From an uncultured bacterium (GTDB taxonomy: Bacteria > Myxococcota_A > UBA796 > CAJQPC01): 64,000 nt of DNA. The DNA is taken from assembly GCA_905480105.1 (NCBI GenBank), contig CAJQPC010000071.1, positions 55,594 through 119,593 on the forward strand, in the 5' to 3' direction. Positions 56,743-64,000 of the stretch are shown one piece after another (the stretch's first letter is position 1; every line of letters starts with the position of its first letter). The notes beneath the pieces were generated by a model. It was not told where the DNA came from, made no database searches, and saw nothing but the letters and a program-made list of their open reading frames with translations. A program made the translations under genes and the position numbers.

Positions 56743-58398
56743 ATGAGCGCCCGGCCCCCCCGTCAAACTCTGATCCCCAATGCCAACAATGTGCGTCTGC
56801 TCGCCCGGCTTGTAGATCTCGTGGCCCGCGGAGTTCGCGACAACCGGACACTGGCCATGCTGCTAGACTGCGAAGTCCGCACGGTGAACTACTACACCCA
56901 GGCCGGGGACTGGCTCAATCTCTTGGCCACAGACGAAAAGACCCTCTCGCCCACATTGACCCGCTTGGGCACAGAGTACGCCTTTGCCGGAAAGGACCGC
57001 GGACGCGTCTACGCACGCGCCGTCTGGCAGAACCCCTTCGTGGTCCAACTCATGGATGGCCGAACCGAGCTCCCCAAAGCTGCGGGCATTGCGCAGTTCA
57101 TCCAGGCCTCGGTTCCCGACATGGCCCCCAGCACGGCCAGGCGCCGTGCGTCATCCGTACGCGCCCTGTTGGAGCCCGCTCTGCGATATCCCGCCCCCAA
57201 GACCCAGCCCCCAGGCCACCAGCTCAGCTTCGATTTAGGCCTGGGGCGCCCCCGCAAGCGCCCACCCCGCATACAGCTCAGCGGCGGCAGCGACCACAGT
57301 CCCGAGGCCTACCGGGTGGTTCTGCGCGCCCTGCTAGACCACGGCGAGCTTTCCCTATGGCACATCCGGGCCATCCTGGACTGGCATGGGGGCGAGGCCT
57401 GCCCTGTGGGTTCCTATGTAGAGATGGCAGTCCGTCGCGGTGACGGCTGGCGAGTTGGAGACCGCCTGGTGGTCAGCTGGGGTGCAGTCTGGCGACGTGA
57501 TCTCTCTGACACGGTGGCCGGCGTAGCGCTGAGTGACCCAGGATATCGCCACTACCTCTCCATCCTGCGCCAGGCCAGTGAGGGCCACCCTGGCGCCGCC
57601 ATGGAATACGCCAGACTCCAGGAGCGCTACGCATCTTGGGACAAGCGCATCTTCGGTGCCGAGGTCACCCCAGCGCGCTTGGCCGTCGATCTAGACCGGG
57701 TGCTACTCGGTCGTCCCATCGACGCCTTTCCTTTAGCGGACGACCCAGGCCCCGAACCTGGAGAGCAGACCGGCCCATTCTTAGAGCTGGTGGACACCAC
57801 CGACCTGTTCATCGCCCTGCCCCCCACCTTGATGGATCTGGTGGGCGGAGTCTCCGGCGTGAACCGCATTTTGGAAGAACGCCGGAAGACCGAGGGGGGC
57901 CAGCCCAAGGTCGTCGACCGCAGAGAGCTGGTGCACGGCGGTCTCTTCGCCCCTGGTGAGCCTCGTTCCCGCGCCATCCCAGACAGGGTCAGCCTGCGCC
58001 AGCGCGCCTTGGCCCACATCCCGCATTTGGCCATGTTGGTGGCTCTACTCCAGCTGCACCGGCGTAGCGGCGGAGAGCTCGCCGTGAGCGTGCAAGGCAC
58101 CGGCTTAGACCTGCGCATCAAGCGCCGTCGCTTCAAGGACCTGCTTTTTCATCTGGACGAGTTCTGCTGCATGCAGGGCTGGATGGTCTCCCGGCGTCTG
58201 CGAGGTGGACTCACCGGAGAGCAGCTCGCCGAAGTGCTCGGAGCCCTGGGCATCGCTCTCCGCGTAGGCAACAGTCTGGTGCTGGAGGAGGCCTTTTTCC
58301 TGCGGCTACAGTCCGATGTGGAAGACCATGAGCTCTTTGAGCGACTCGGACCGCTTGGCGACCGGATTGTGAGCTTCCTGGAGCAGTGGCCCCGCTGA
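56743..58398 (+). CDS. Hypothetical protein (551 aa) with wHTH-like N-terminal segment
   Basis: Long ORF with ordinary composition. N-terminus 'NNVRLLARLVDLVARGVRDNRTLAMLLDCEVRTVNYYTQAG' looks like a helix-turn-helix. No catalytic motif recognised with confidence. Confidence 0.65.
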   Translation: MSARPPRQTLIPNANNVRLLARLVDLVARGVRDNRTLAMLLDCEVRTVNYYTQAGDWLNLLATDEKTLSPTLTRLGTEYAFAGKDRGRVYARAVWQNPFVVQLMDGRTELPKAAGIAQFIQASVPDMAPSTARRRASSVRALLEPALRYPAPKTQPPGHQLSFDLGLGRPRKRPPRIQLSGGSDHSPEAYRVVLRALLDHGELSLWHIRAILDWHGGEACPVGSYVEMAVRRGDGWRVGDRLVVSWGAVWRRDLSDTVAGVALSDPGYRHYLSILRQASEGHPGAAMEYARLQERYASWDKRIFGAEVTPARLAVDLDRVLLGRPIDAFPLADDPGPEPGEQTGPFLELVDTTDLFIALPPTLMDLVGGVSGVNRILEERRKTEGGQPKVVDRRELVHGGLFAPGEPRSRAIPDRVSLRQRALAHIPHLAMLVALLQLHRRSGGELAVSVQGTGLDLRIKRRRFKDLLFHLDEFCCMQGWMVSRRLRGGLTGEQLAEVLGALGIALRVGNSLVLEEAFFLRLQSDVEDHELFERLGPLGDRIVSFLEQWPR

Positions 58399-58531
58399 TT
58401 GCTGCAGTCTCCTTTTTGGACCGGCTGCATTCTTTGCAATCCAGCCACAGCCAGCCCTTTTGCGACCTTAGTTTTAGTGCGAAGTCTATCAAAGTACGGC
58501 CAGTGCGCTCCAGCAAGGCTAAACTGCCAAT

Positions 58532-59305
58532 ATGTTCCGCTCCGGTTTAAAACGCATTGGCAAGAAGCTCCTGGGACGCGGCGAGTCTGCTGCCAAGGCT
58601 ACCCCCTCTCCTGCAGCCGAGCCTGCCCCCGCTTGGGCTCCAAAGGCCTTTGTAAAGCCGGCCCCTCAGCAGAGCGCAGAACCTACTTCCCAGCCCGCTC
58701 CTGAGCTTATCGCCAAGCCCAAACTCAAGCCCAAACAGGACCCAGTGGCCTTGGCCGTGCCGAAAACCACAGAGCCTGTGGCTGCAGCCAAGCCTGCTTC
58801 TCCACCGGCAGCTCCGACCCCAGCTGCCAAGCCCGTCTCTTCCTTTGCCAACCTGGCAGCTATGGCAGCGAGCGGACAACTTGGCGAAGCGCGCCACGCG
58901 GATCAGTCCGGAACCGACCTGGATGCCTACCGCGAGCGCATGCGCGTCAATGGTCGTGAGGACATAGAGCTTTCTGGCATCGGCCTGAACACCGCGGAAG
59001 ACGGCACCCAGTTCGTAGGGCCTGTAAACAACGAGAGCTCGCGCGCCAAAGCCGTTGGCCTGATACTCAGCATCGACCAGCACGAGTGCATCTCCTGCGG
59101 CACCTGCGTGGAGCAGACCGAAGATGTGTTCTATCTAGGCGAAGACGACAAGAGCGGAGAAGAGGTCAAAGCCGAGGTGCTCAAGCAAGAGGGGCCAATG
59201 GACCTGATCCAGGACGCCATCGATGCTTGCCCAGTGACTTGCATCCATTGGCTCGATGGCGAAGAGCTCACCGACATTCACAGCGCCGGCGGCGTGAGCG
59301 CCTGA
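58532..59305 (+). CDS. Ferredoxin-domain protein with long Pro/Ala/Lys-rich N-terminal region
   Basis: The C-terminal ~70 aa, 'HECISCGTCVEQTEDVF...AIDACPVTCIHW', form a single-cluster ferredoxin motif (CxxCxxC...CP). The N-terminal ~110 aa are low-complexity ('PAPAWAPKAFVKPAPQQSAEP...'). Confidence 0.7.
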   Translation: MFRSGLKRIGKKLLGRGESAAKATPSPAAEPAPAWAPKAFVKPAPQQSAEPTSQPAPELIAKPKLKPKQDPVALAVPKTTEPVAAAKPASPPAAPTPAAKPVSSFANLAAMAASGQLGEARHADQSGTDLDAYRERMRVNGREDIELSGIGLNTAEDGTQFVGPVNNESSRAKAVGLILSIDQHECISCGTCVEQTEDVFYLGEDDKSGEEVKAEVLKQEGPMDLIQDAIDACPVTCIHWLDGEELTDIHSAGGVSA

Positions 59306-59342
59306 CCACTGGTCCCGCGCTGAACCCCAAGCGACTGGCAGG

Positions 59343-59846
59343 CTACTCGGTCCACCCCGCACGGTCTCTCAACAGAGCCATGTTGCGCTCGGGGACTCCG
59401 GCAATGTTCGGGTGGCTGTCCACAGCACGCGAGACGTCTTCTACCCGCAGCACATGCAATGCGGGGTAGGGGGACTGGTTGGTAGCGTTCGCCGGGTCGT
59501 CCTTCCATGCCCCCTCAAAGCAGTAGTCCGGATGGAAGCTGGCCAATTGAAATCGTTGGTCTAAGCGGGTCTGCTCCAGCATGTCCTGGGCTGCGGCAGC
59601 GATGTCCAAGAACTCGGAGAAGCGGCAGTCTGGAAGCACCAAGAGCGCGGTCTCGTAGGCACCAGAATCCACCTCTTCCACCAAAGCCAGCACACCCATT
59701 ACGGCATCCGAGGCCACCTCGACGCTGCGCCAACCCACCTTGCCCCGCCCCAGGGGACCGGCGGCAAAGGGACAAAGATTCAAACCGACGACCACTTCTT
59801 GCACCCAGCCCTGGACGGCCTGAACGCGAGGGTCATCAAGGCTCAC
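59343..59846 (-). CDS. DUF1415 family protein
   Basis: 'GLNLCPFA', 'QLASFHPDYCFEG' and 'NATNQSPYPALHVLRVEDV' match conserved DUF1415 blocks. Start placed at GTG 59846, just downstream of the preceding gene's stop. Confidence 0.7.
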   Translation of the reverse strand: MSLDDPRVQAVQGWVQEVVVGLNLCPFAAGPLGRGKVGWRSVEVASDAVMGVLALVEEVDSGAYETALLVLPDCRFSEFLDIAAAAQDMLEQTRLDQRFQLASFHPDYCFEGAWKDDPANATNQSPYPALHVLRVEDVSRAVDSHPNIAGVPERNMALLRDRAGWTE

Positions 59847-59871
59847 AGCGCCGCCCGAAGAGCTTTCGCCC

Positions 59872-61002
59872 TCAAAGCTGCAGAGCGGCAGCTTCGGGGA
59901 TCTCCATGATGTCGCCCTGGGCCGCACGAATCACGTCCTGGCGCTTCTCATCATAGAAGGACTGCAGGTCCTCTTTACTCACCGGCTGGCTGGTGATGAA
60001 CACCGCGTTCTCGCTGGTGCCCTTGCACTTACGAGAAGCGGCAATGTCGTACTCCCAACTGTAGCTGGCGCCATCTACCTGGGCGGCGATCTGGTCGGGC
60101 CAGGCATTGCCTGCTTCCTCCAAAACGCCCATGTGCACGCCGACCATCTGGTTGCCCTTTTTACAGACGGCGGTCTCGACCACGACCACGCCGTACTGCA
60201 GCTTTCCGTCAACCATCCGGTCCTGGTAGCGCGCGCCGGCCAGAGCGTTCGCCTCGGCTTCGGCGCCAAGCGACAACAAGGTCGTGCGGGCCTGCTCAAT
60301 GGCCTTGGGGGGCAATTGAGGGGCCATTTCCACGATGGCGGCCACGGCCAACTGGGTCGTCTCGACGTTCTGACCTTCCAGGCCACCTACCTGCGCAGCG
60401 TCGGCGAAGGCGTTGACCACATAGGTCAGTTCCTCCTCGTTCTCGAGCTCGCCCAGAAGGCGCTCAAGGGTGGGTATGGAGTCCTTCCCCAAGTTGCGCG
60501 CGTAGACCTCGACCACACCGAAGAATCGGGTCCGGTCACCCGCAGACCCGTCCACCTCGGACTGCAGAAAAGCCTGTACGTCCTCGTTTCGGCACTCCGC
60601 CAAGGAGCGGTACCAGCGGTCCGTCCAAAAGGACTCTCCCAGTGTCGCTGCAGCGCCGGTCAAGAACGTAGAGACCTGTTCATTGCCGTTGCATGCTGTG
60701 CCAAGCGACGCCACCGCACGGCTGCGCTCATCGGACTGCAGGCCACCGATGTAGCCCATCGCCGCATCGTTCGCGCCCACCTTTACGGCGGTCACCAACA
60801 CTTGATTCCCCTCCGCTCCAGCGAGCACTTTCTCGAATGCCTGGGGCGCCGACTTGGCAGCCAGATCCGCGTCACACTCGGCCATTGCCTTGAACGCGAC
60901 CGGTATTCCCGCAGGCGTGGCCTCTGCCAGCCCAGCCTTTAAGATCTTTGTGCTGCAGTCTTGGGCCGAAGCAGTGGAGAGAGCGAGCAAAAGAGTCAAC
61001 AT
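59872..61002 (-). CDS. Hypothetical secreted protein (alpha-helical repeat-like N-half)
   Basis: Signal 'MLTLLLALSTASAQD'. 376 aa of ordinary composition. No family recognised. Confidence 0.65.
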   Translation of the reverse strand: MLTLLLALSTASAQDCSTKILKAGLAEATPAGIPVAFKAMAECDADLAAKSAPQAFEKVLAGAEGNQVLVTAVKVGANDAAMGYIGGLQSDERSRAVASLGTACNGNEQVSTFLTGAAATLGESFWTDRWYRSLAECRNEDVQAFLQSEVDGSAGDRTRFFGVVEVYARNLGKDSIPTLERLLGELENEEELTYVVNAFADAAQVGGLEGQNVETTQLAVAAIVEMAPQLPPKAIEQARTTLLSLGAEAEANALAGARYQDRMVDGKLQYGVVVVETAVCKKGNQMVGVHMGVLEEAGNAWPDQIAAQVDGASYSWEYDIAASRKCKGTSENAVFITSQPVSKEDLQSFYDEKRQDVIRAAQGDIMEIPEAAALQL

Positions 61003-61091
61003 GAGGTTGCGATCCTGGGAGCCGGGGGAAGAGGTGCTTCGATACCCCGTAAGGGGCTCGTGTCAAGACCTCGGAGTCTACAACCCAAAGC

Positions 61092-62615
61092 TCAGTCCGC
61101 GTACTCCATCTCGGCCGCAGCGGCCCTCATCTTACGTGCCTGACGCAATGTCTTGGCGAAATTCGTGATCATCGACAGGCTAGGCTTTTCGGCATTGAAG
61201 AACAAAAAGGAAAACAGCCCGCTGGCCTGCATGTACTTGTAGACGTCCTGCCAGTTGTCGATGCCTTCTAAGTGACGCGCCAGAGTGACGGGCCTGAAAT
61301 AGAACTCTCGGTAGAACTGGCGGTGGTAGTCGATCAGATCCTGAGACTCCAAGCCCCAAGGGACAAACGTCGGCTCCCAAAACGAGGACTCGCTGGTCGT
61401 CTCGGTGATCACCCGGCCCCACTTGCTGCCCTCGCGCTGCCAGGTCTCCATCTGCGGCGTTTTAGGCAGCAAAGTGTTGATCTGCACTGTCACGTCATGA
61501 AGGGGAATGGACTTCGCGAACGCGATGGTCTCCTTGATGGTCTCGTGGGTATCCGGCATGTGCCCGACCATGAAGAAGGCCTTGGGCCGCAGACCAACCT
61601 CGTGCGCCCAGGTGATGGCGTCGCGGATCTTTTCCTTGGTGATCCCCTTGGAGATAAAGTCCAGCACTTGGTCGCTTCCGCTCTCAACGCCAAAGCGAGT
61701 GCGCCAACAGCCGGCGTCCTTCATGCGCTGAAGCATCTCCTTGTCCACAACCTCGACGCGAGAGGAGCAGGTCCAAGAAACCTTCACGCCGCGGCGAATA
61801 ATCTCGTCGCAAATCTTCATGACGCGGCGCTTGTTCGCACAAAAGAGGCTGTCCACAAAGGCCAGGTCCTTCACTCCGTAGTCGCGCACCAAGTGCTCGA
61901 TTTCGTCCACCACCGCCTCGGGACTTCGGCTGCGGTATCCCGTGCGGCTCTTCTGACAGAACGCACAGGCGTGGGGACAGCCCCTGGAGCTCACCATTGC
62001 GAACTTGGGCATGGCGTGCTCATCGACAGGGATGGGCTTGTATAGGTCCGGAGGCAGCAGATGCCGGGCAGGCAAAGGCAGCTCGTCCAGCTTTCGGAAG
62101 GCCTTTCGATGCGGGGTATGCTGCACCACATCGTGCTCATCGCGGTAGACGATGCCCTCGATGTCCGCCAGTTCTCGGTCACCCTTGTAGTGCTCCACCA
62201 CCTCGACCATCGTGTGTTCGGCCTCGTGGATGACCCCCAAGTCAAAGCACTTGAACGCCAGGGCCTCTTCCGGCACCAACGTCACGTGGTAGCCGCCCAG
62301 GACAATCGGCACGTCAGGGAGCACCTGCTTGAGCATCTGAGCAAGCTCTACGGCCCCATCAAAGACCACCGTGGTGGAGCCAATGCCGATAATGTCTGGC
62401 TTGAATTCCTGAATGCGCTGGACTGTGCCCGGTATATCCAGAAGCTCAGCCGCCGCATCCAGCACCGCCATCTCCTCGCCCTGCTGCTCGAGCATGGCGG
62501 CGATGTAGAGCAGGCCAAGCGGAGCTGAGTTGTAGAACAGGTAGCTGGTGACCGGGTCCACGTTGCCGTCGCGAAGGACGGAGTCCAGAGGTGGGTTGAT
62601 CAAGATAATGCGCAC
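61092..62615 (-). CDS. B12-binding-domain radical SAM protein (class B)
   Basis: GTG 62615 is preceded by GGAG with a 5-nt spacer. N-terminus 'VRIILINPP'. Canonical cluster motif 'SSRGCPHACAFCQ' (CX3CX2C). The longer ORF to 62741 is rejected. Confidence 0.85.
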   Translation of the reverse strand: MRIILINPPLDSVLRDGNVDPVTSYLFYNSAPLGLLYIAAMLEQQGEEMAVLDAAAELLDIPGTVQRIQEFKPDIIGIGSTTVVFDGAVELAQMLKQVLPDVPIVLGGYHVTLVPEEALAFKCFDLGVIHEAEHTMVEVVEHYKGDRELADIEGIVYRDEHDVVQHTPHRKAFRKLDELPLPARHLLPPDLYKPIPVDEHAMPKFAMVSSRGCPHACAFCQKSRTGYRSRSPEAVVDEIEHLVRDYGVKDLAFVDSLFCANKRRVMKICDEIIRRGVKVSWTCSSRVEVVDKEMLQRMKDAGCWRTRFGVESGSDQVLDFISKGITKEKIRDAITWAHEVGLRPKAFFMVGHMPDTHETIKETIAFAKSIPLHDVTVQINTLLPKTPQMETWQREGSKWGRVITETTSESSFWEPTFVPWGLESQDLIDYHRQFYREFYFRPVTLARHLEGIDNWQDVYKYMQASGLFSFLFFNAEKPSLSMITNFAKTLRQARKMRAAAAEMEYAD

Positions 62616-62706
62616 AAGCTCTCCAACGGCTGGACTGTCCCAGCATAGTCGGAGCATAGAACCTCGACGCTGCTGCAATCCAGTTAGCAGCCAAGTGTGA
62701 CGGAGG

Positions 62707-63258
62707 TTGCGCATCGATAACGCTGAGTTCTTTAAAGACATGCTGGTCGGCCACGAGCGCGTTCACCATATTTTGGGCGCTCCCGGGCCGCGCGTGAAAG
62801 AGCTGAACCACTGGTATCAACTGGCGCTCACGGACTACCGCATTCTGGTGGTCAAGATGGTCGCCAAGGACGGAGCACCGGGGTGGACGAGCGACAAGCG
62901 CTGGGCCATGAACCGCGACACAGTGCACATCGGCCAATACCCCCGCACCACCACCTCGACCGCGCGCTTGGAGATCCAGGGCTTCCCGGAGCCCATCCAA
63001 CTCGTGGATATCGACCGCCCGGATCTGCACCCGTACATCCCGCCCTTTCTGGCCTCTTGGAACCGTCCGGTCGCCGGCGTGGCTGAGATTGCCGCCCAGC
63101 CAAAGCACCTCTCGGATCCCGACCCCGATGAGCGCGTCAAGACCGACAACACCTTGTTCGTGGCGCTGGGCGGCGGCGCGGCGATGCTCTTTTTGTGTTG
63201 CGGAGGCAGCATCGTGGTCCGCACGGTCTTTGCACTAGCCAGCGGGCTTCTTCGATGA
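62707..63258 (+). CDS. Hypothetical C-terminally membrane-anchored protein (bacterial PH-like N-domain suspected)
   Basis: 'YQLALTDYRILVVKM' resembles bPH-domain strands. C-terminal TM 'LFVALGGGAAMLFLCCGGSIVV'. Start uncertain (TTG 62707 or ATG 62740). Its stop overlaps the next ATG. Confidence 0.5.
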   Translation: MRIDNAEFFKDMLVGHERVHHILGAPGPRVKELNHWYQLALTDYRILVVKMVAKDGAPGWTSDKRWAMNRDTVHIGQYPRTTTSTARLEIQGFPEPIQLVDIDRPDLHPYIPPFLASWNRPVAGVAEIAAQPKHLSDPDPDERVKTDNTLFVALGGGAAMLFLCCGGSIVVRTVFALASGLLR

Positions 63259-64000
63259 ACCCTCTCAAAGGGGCTAGCCCCAAAGACTTGGCCCGCTGGG
63301 CCTTTTGGGTGCCCTTTCGTAGAGCTCTGCGCCCGGAGCACCCCGAGCAGTTGGCGACGCTCTATCCTCTGTGGCGGGCCCAGTACCAAGCCGCACGCGT
63401 ACAACGAGACGAAATGGCCAAGGAGATGGTGCTCAGCTTTGGTGATGCCCGAGAAGAGCGCCTGCAGGACGCCTACCGTGTGGCCTTTCGGGTTCACTTA
63501 GAAGAACTGCTGTTGGGAAAGCTCAACCCCGACACCGTCGATCACTACATGACGTGGCAGGGCAAGGAGCACCTGGACGCCGCACTGGCCCGGGGAAAGG
63601 GCGCCATCATCGTGCTGCCCCACGCCGGAAACATCATGATGATGATCGCCAGAATCAGCCTGAGCGGAATTCCCTACACCCAGTACGCAGCCAGGGGTAT
63701 GGCGCCGGAAGCTGTGGCCCTGGAGAACCCCGACGTCTTTGGCCACACCCCTCTGCGGGCCCAAGTTCGAGCAGCCCGTGAAGCGAACGAGGACATGCTG
63801 CCCGCCCGCTACTTGACCCTGGAGACACCGGTGCGCGAGCTCTTTCGCCGCTTGGCCGCCAACGAGACGGTGGGCATCGCCTACGACGGGCGCATCGGCA
63901 GCCGCTTTGTGCGCACCCCTTACCTGGGGCGACAGGCACTGCTAAACCCTGGTGCCTTTCGAATCGCTGCCCGGACAGGGGCAGCCTTGGTGCCGATCTT
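63255..64000 (+). CDS. LpxL/HtrB-family (lysophospholipid/lipid A) acyltransferase, 3'-truncated by the window end
   Basis: This ORF is not in the supplied track because it has no stop in the window. My own translation from ATG 63255 (ATGA overlap) gives '...GKEHLDAALARGKGAIIVLPHAGNIMMM...GIAYDGR...', which matches the lauroyl-acyltransferase family layout (HX4D/E region). Confidence 0.7.
   Translation, partial: MNPLKGASPKDLARWAFWVPFRRALRPEHPEQLATLYPLWRAQYQAARVQRDEMAKEMVLSFGDAREERLQDAYRVAFRVHLEELLLGKLNPDTVDHYMTWQGKEHLDAALARGKGAIIVLPHAGNIMMMIARISLSGIPYTQYAARGMAPEAVALENPDVFGHTPLRAQVRAAREANEDMLPARYLTLETPVRELFRRLAANETVGIAYDGRIGSRFVRTPYLGRQALLNPGAFRIAARTGAALVPI

Overview
This is a high-GC bacterial chromosomal window, roughly 60-65% GC by eye, and it is tightly packed. 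I call about 57 protein-coding genes. Many are joined by 1- or 4-nt start/stop overlaps (ATGA, GTGA, TGATG). All calls rest on reading the supplied translations for motifs I recognise; no homology search was possible.

The content is mostly housekeeping and envelope functions:
- Central metabolism: gpmI, ltaE, mdh, thiG/thiE, gluQ, and a fused 2-oxoacid dehydrogenase E1 alpha/beta.
- A nickel superoxide dismutase cluster: sodN, sodX and a putative Ni permease.
- Other recognisable families: GH92 mannosidase, penicillin-acylase-family lipoprotein, S41 peptidase, SWIM-SNF2 helicase, RluA-type pseudouridine synthase, POT transporter, acyl-CoA synthetase, and two B12-binding-type radical SAM enzymes.
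- Many lipoproteins and secreted proteins: FG-GAP, BNR, LRR, IPT, VWA/choice-of-anchor-D-like, and a DUF1549/1553-like + DUF1501 pair.

The domain repertoire (AgmX/PglI-type C-terminus, DUF1501 pair, abundant lipoboxes) suggests a Myxococcota/Bradymonadia-like marine deltaproteobacterial lineage. That is inference only.

I found no tRNA, rRNA, CRISPR array, transposase or integrase.

The standout anomaly is a ~1.6 kb segment (about 53.2-54.9 kb) with these properties:
- It has no credible ORF on either strand.
- Its GC is lower (~55%).
- It shows a strong strand skew, purine-rich on the minus strand.
- It has many verified GNRA-capped hairpins.
- A sigma70-like promoter lies in an AT-rich island at one end, and a strong intrinsic terminator at the other.

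I interpret it as a candidate large structured non-coding RNA transcribed on the minus strand.

Next to it lies a divergent pair of uncharacterised genes (55.6-58.4 kb): a degenerate P-loop/STAND-like protein and a 551-aa protein with a wHTH-like N-terminus. Their shared intergenic region contains repeats.

Other loci worth a second look are two radical-SAM-centred gene groups. One has a non-canonical CX4CX2C motif and is coupled to an S41 protease. The other sits beside an LpxL-type acyltransferase.
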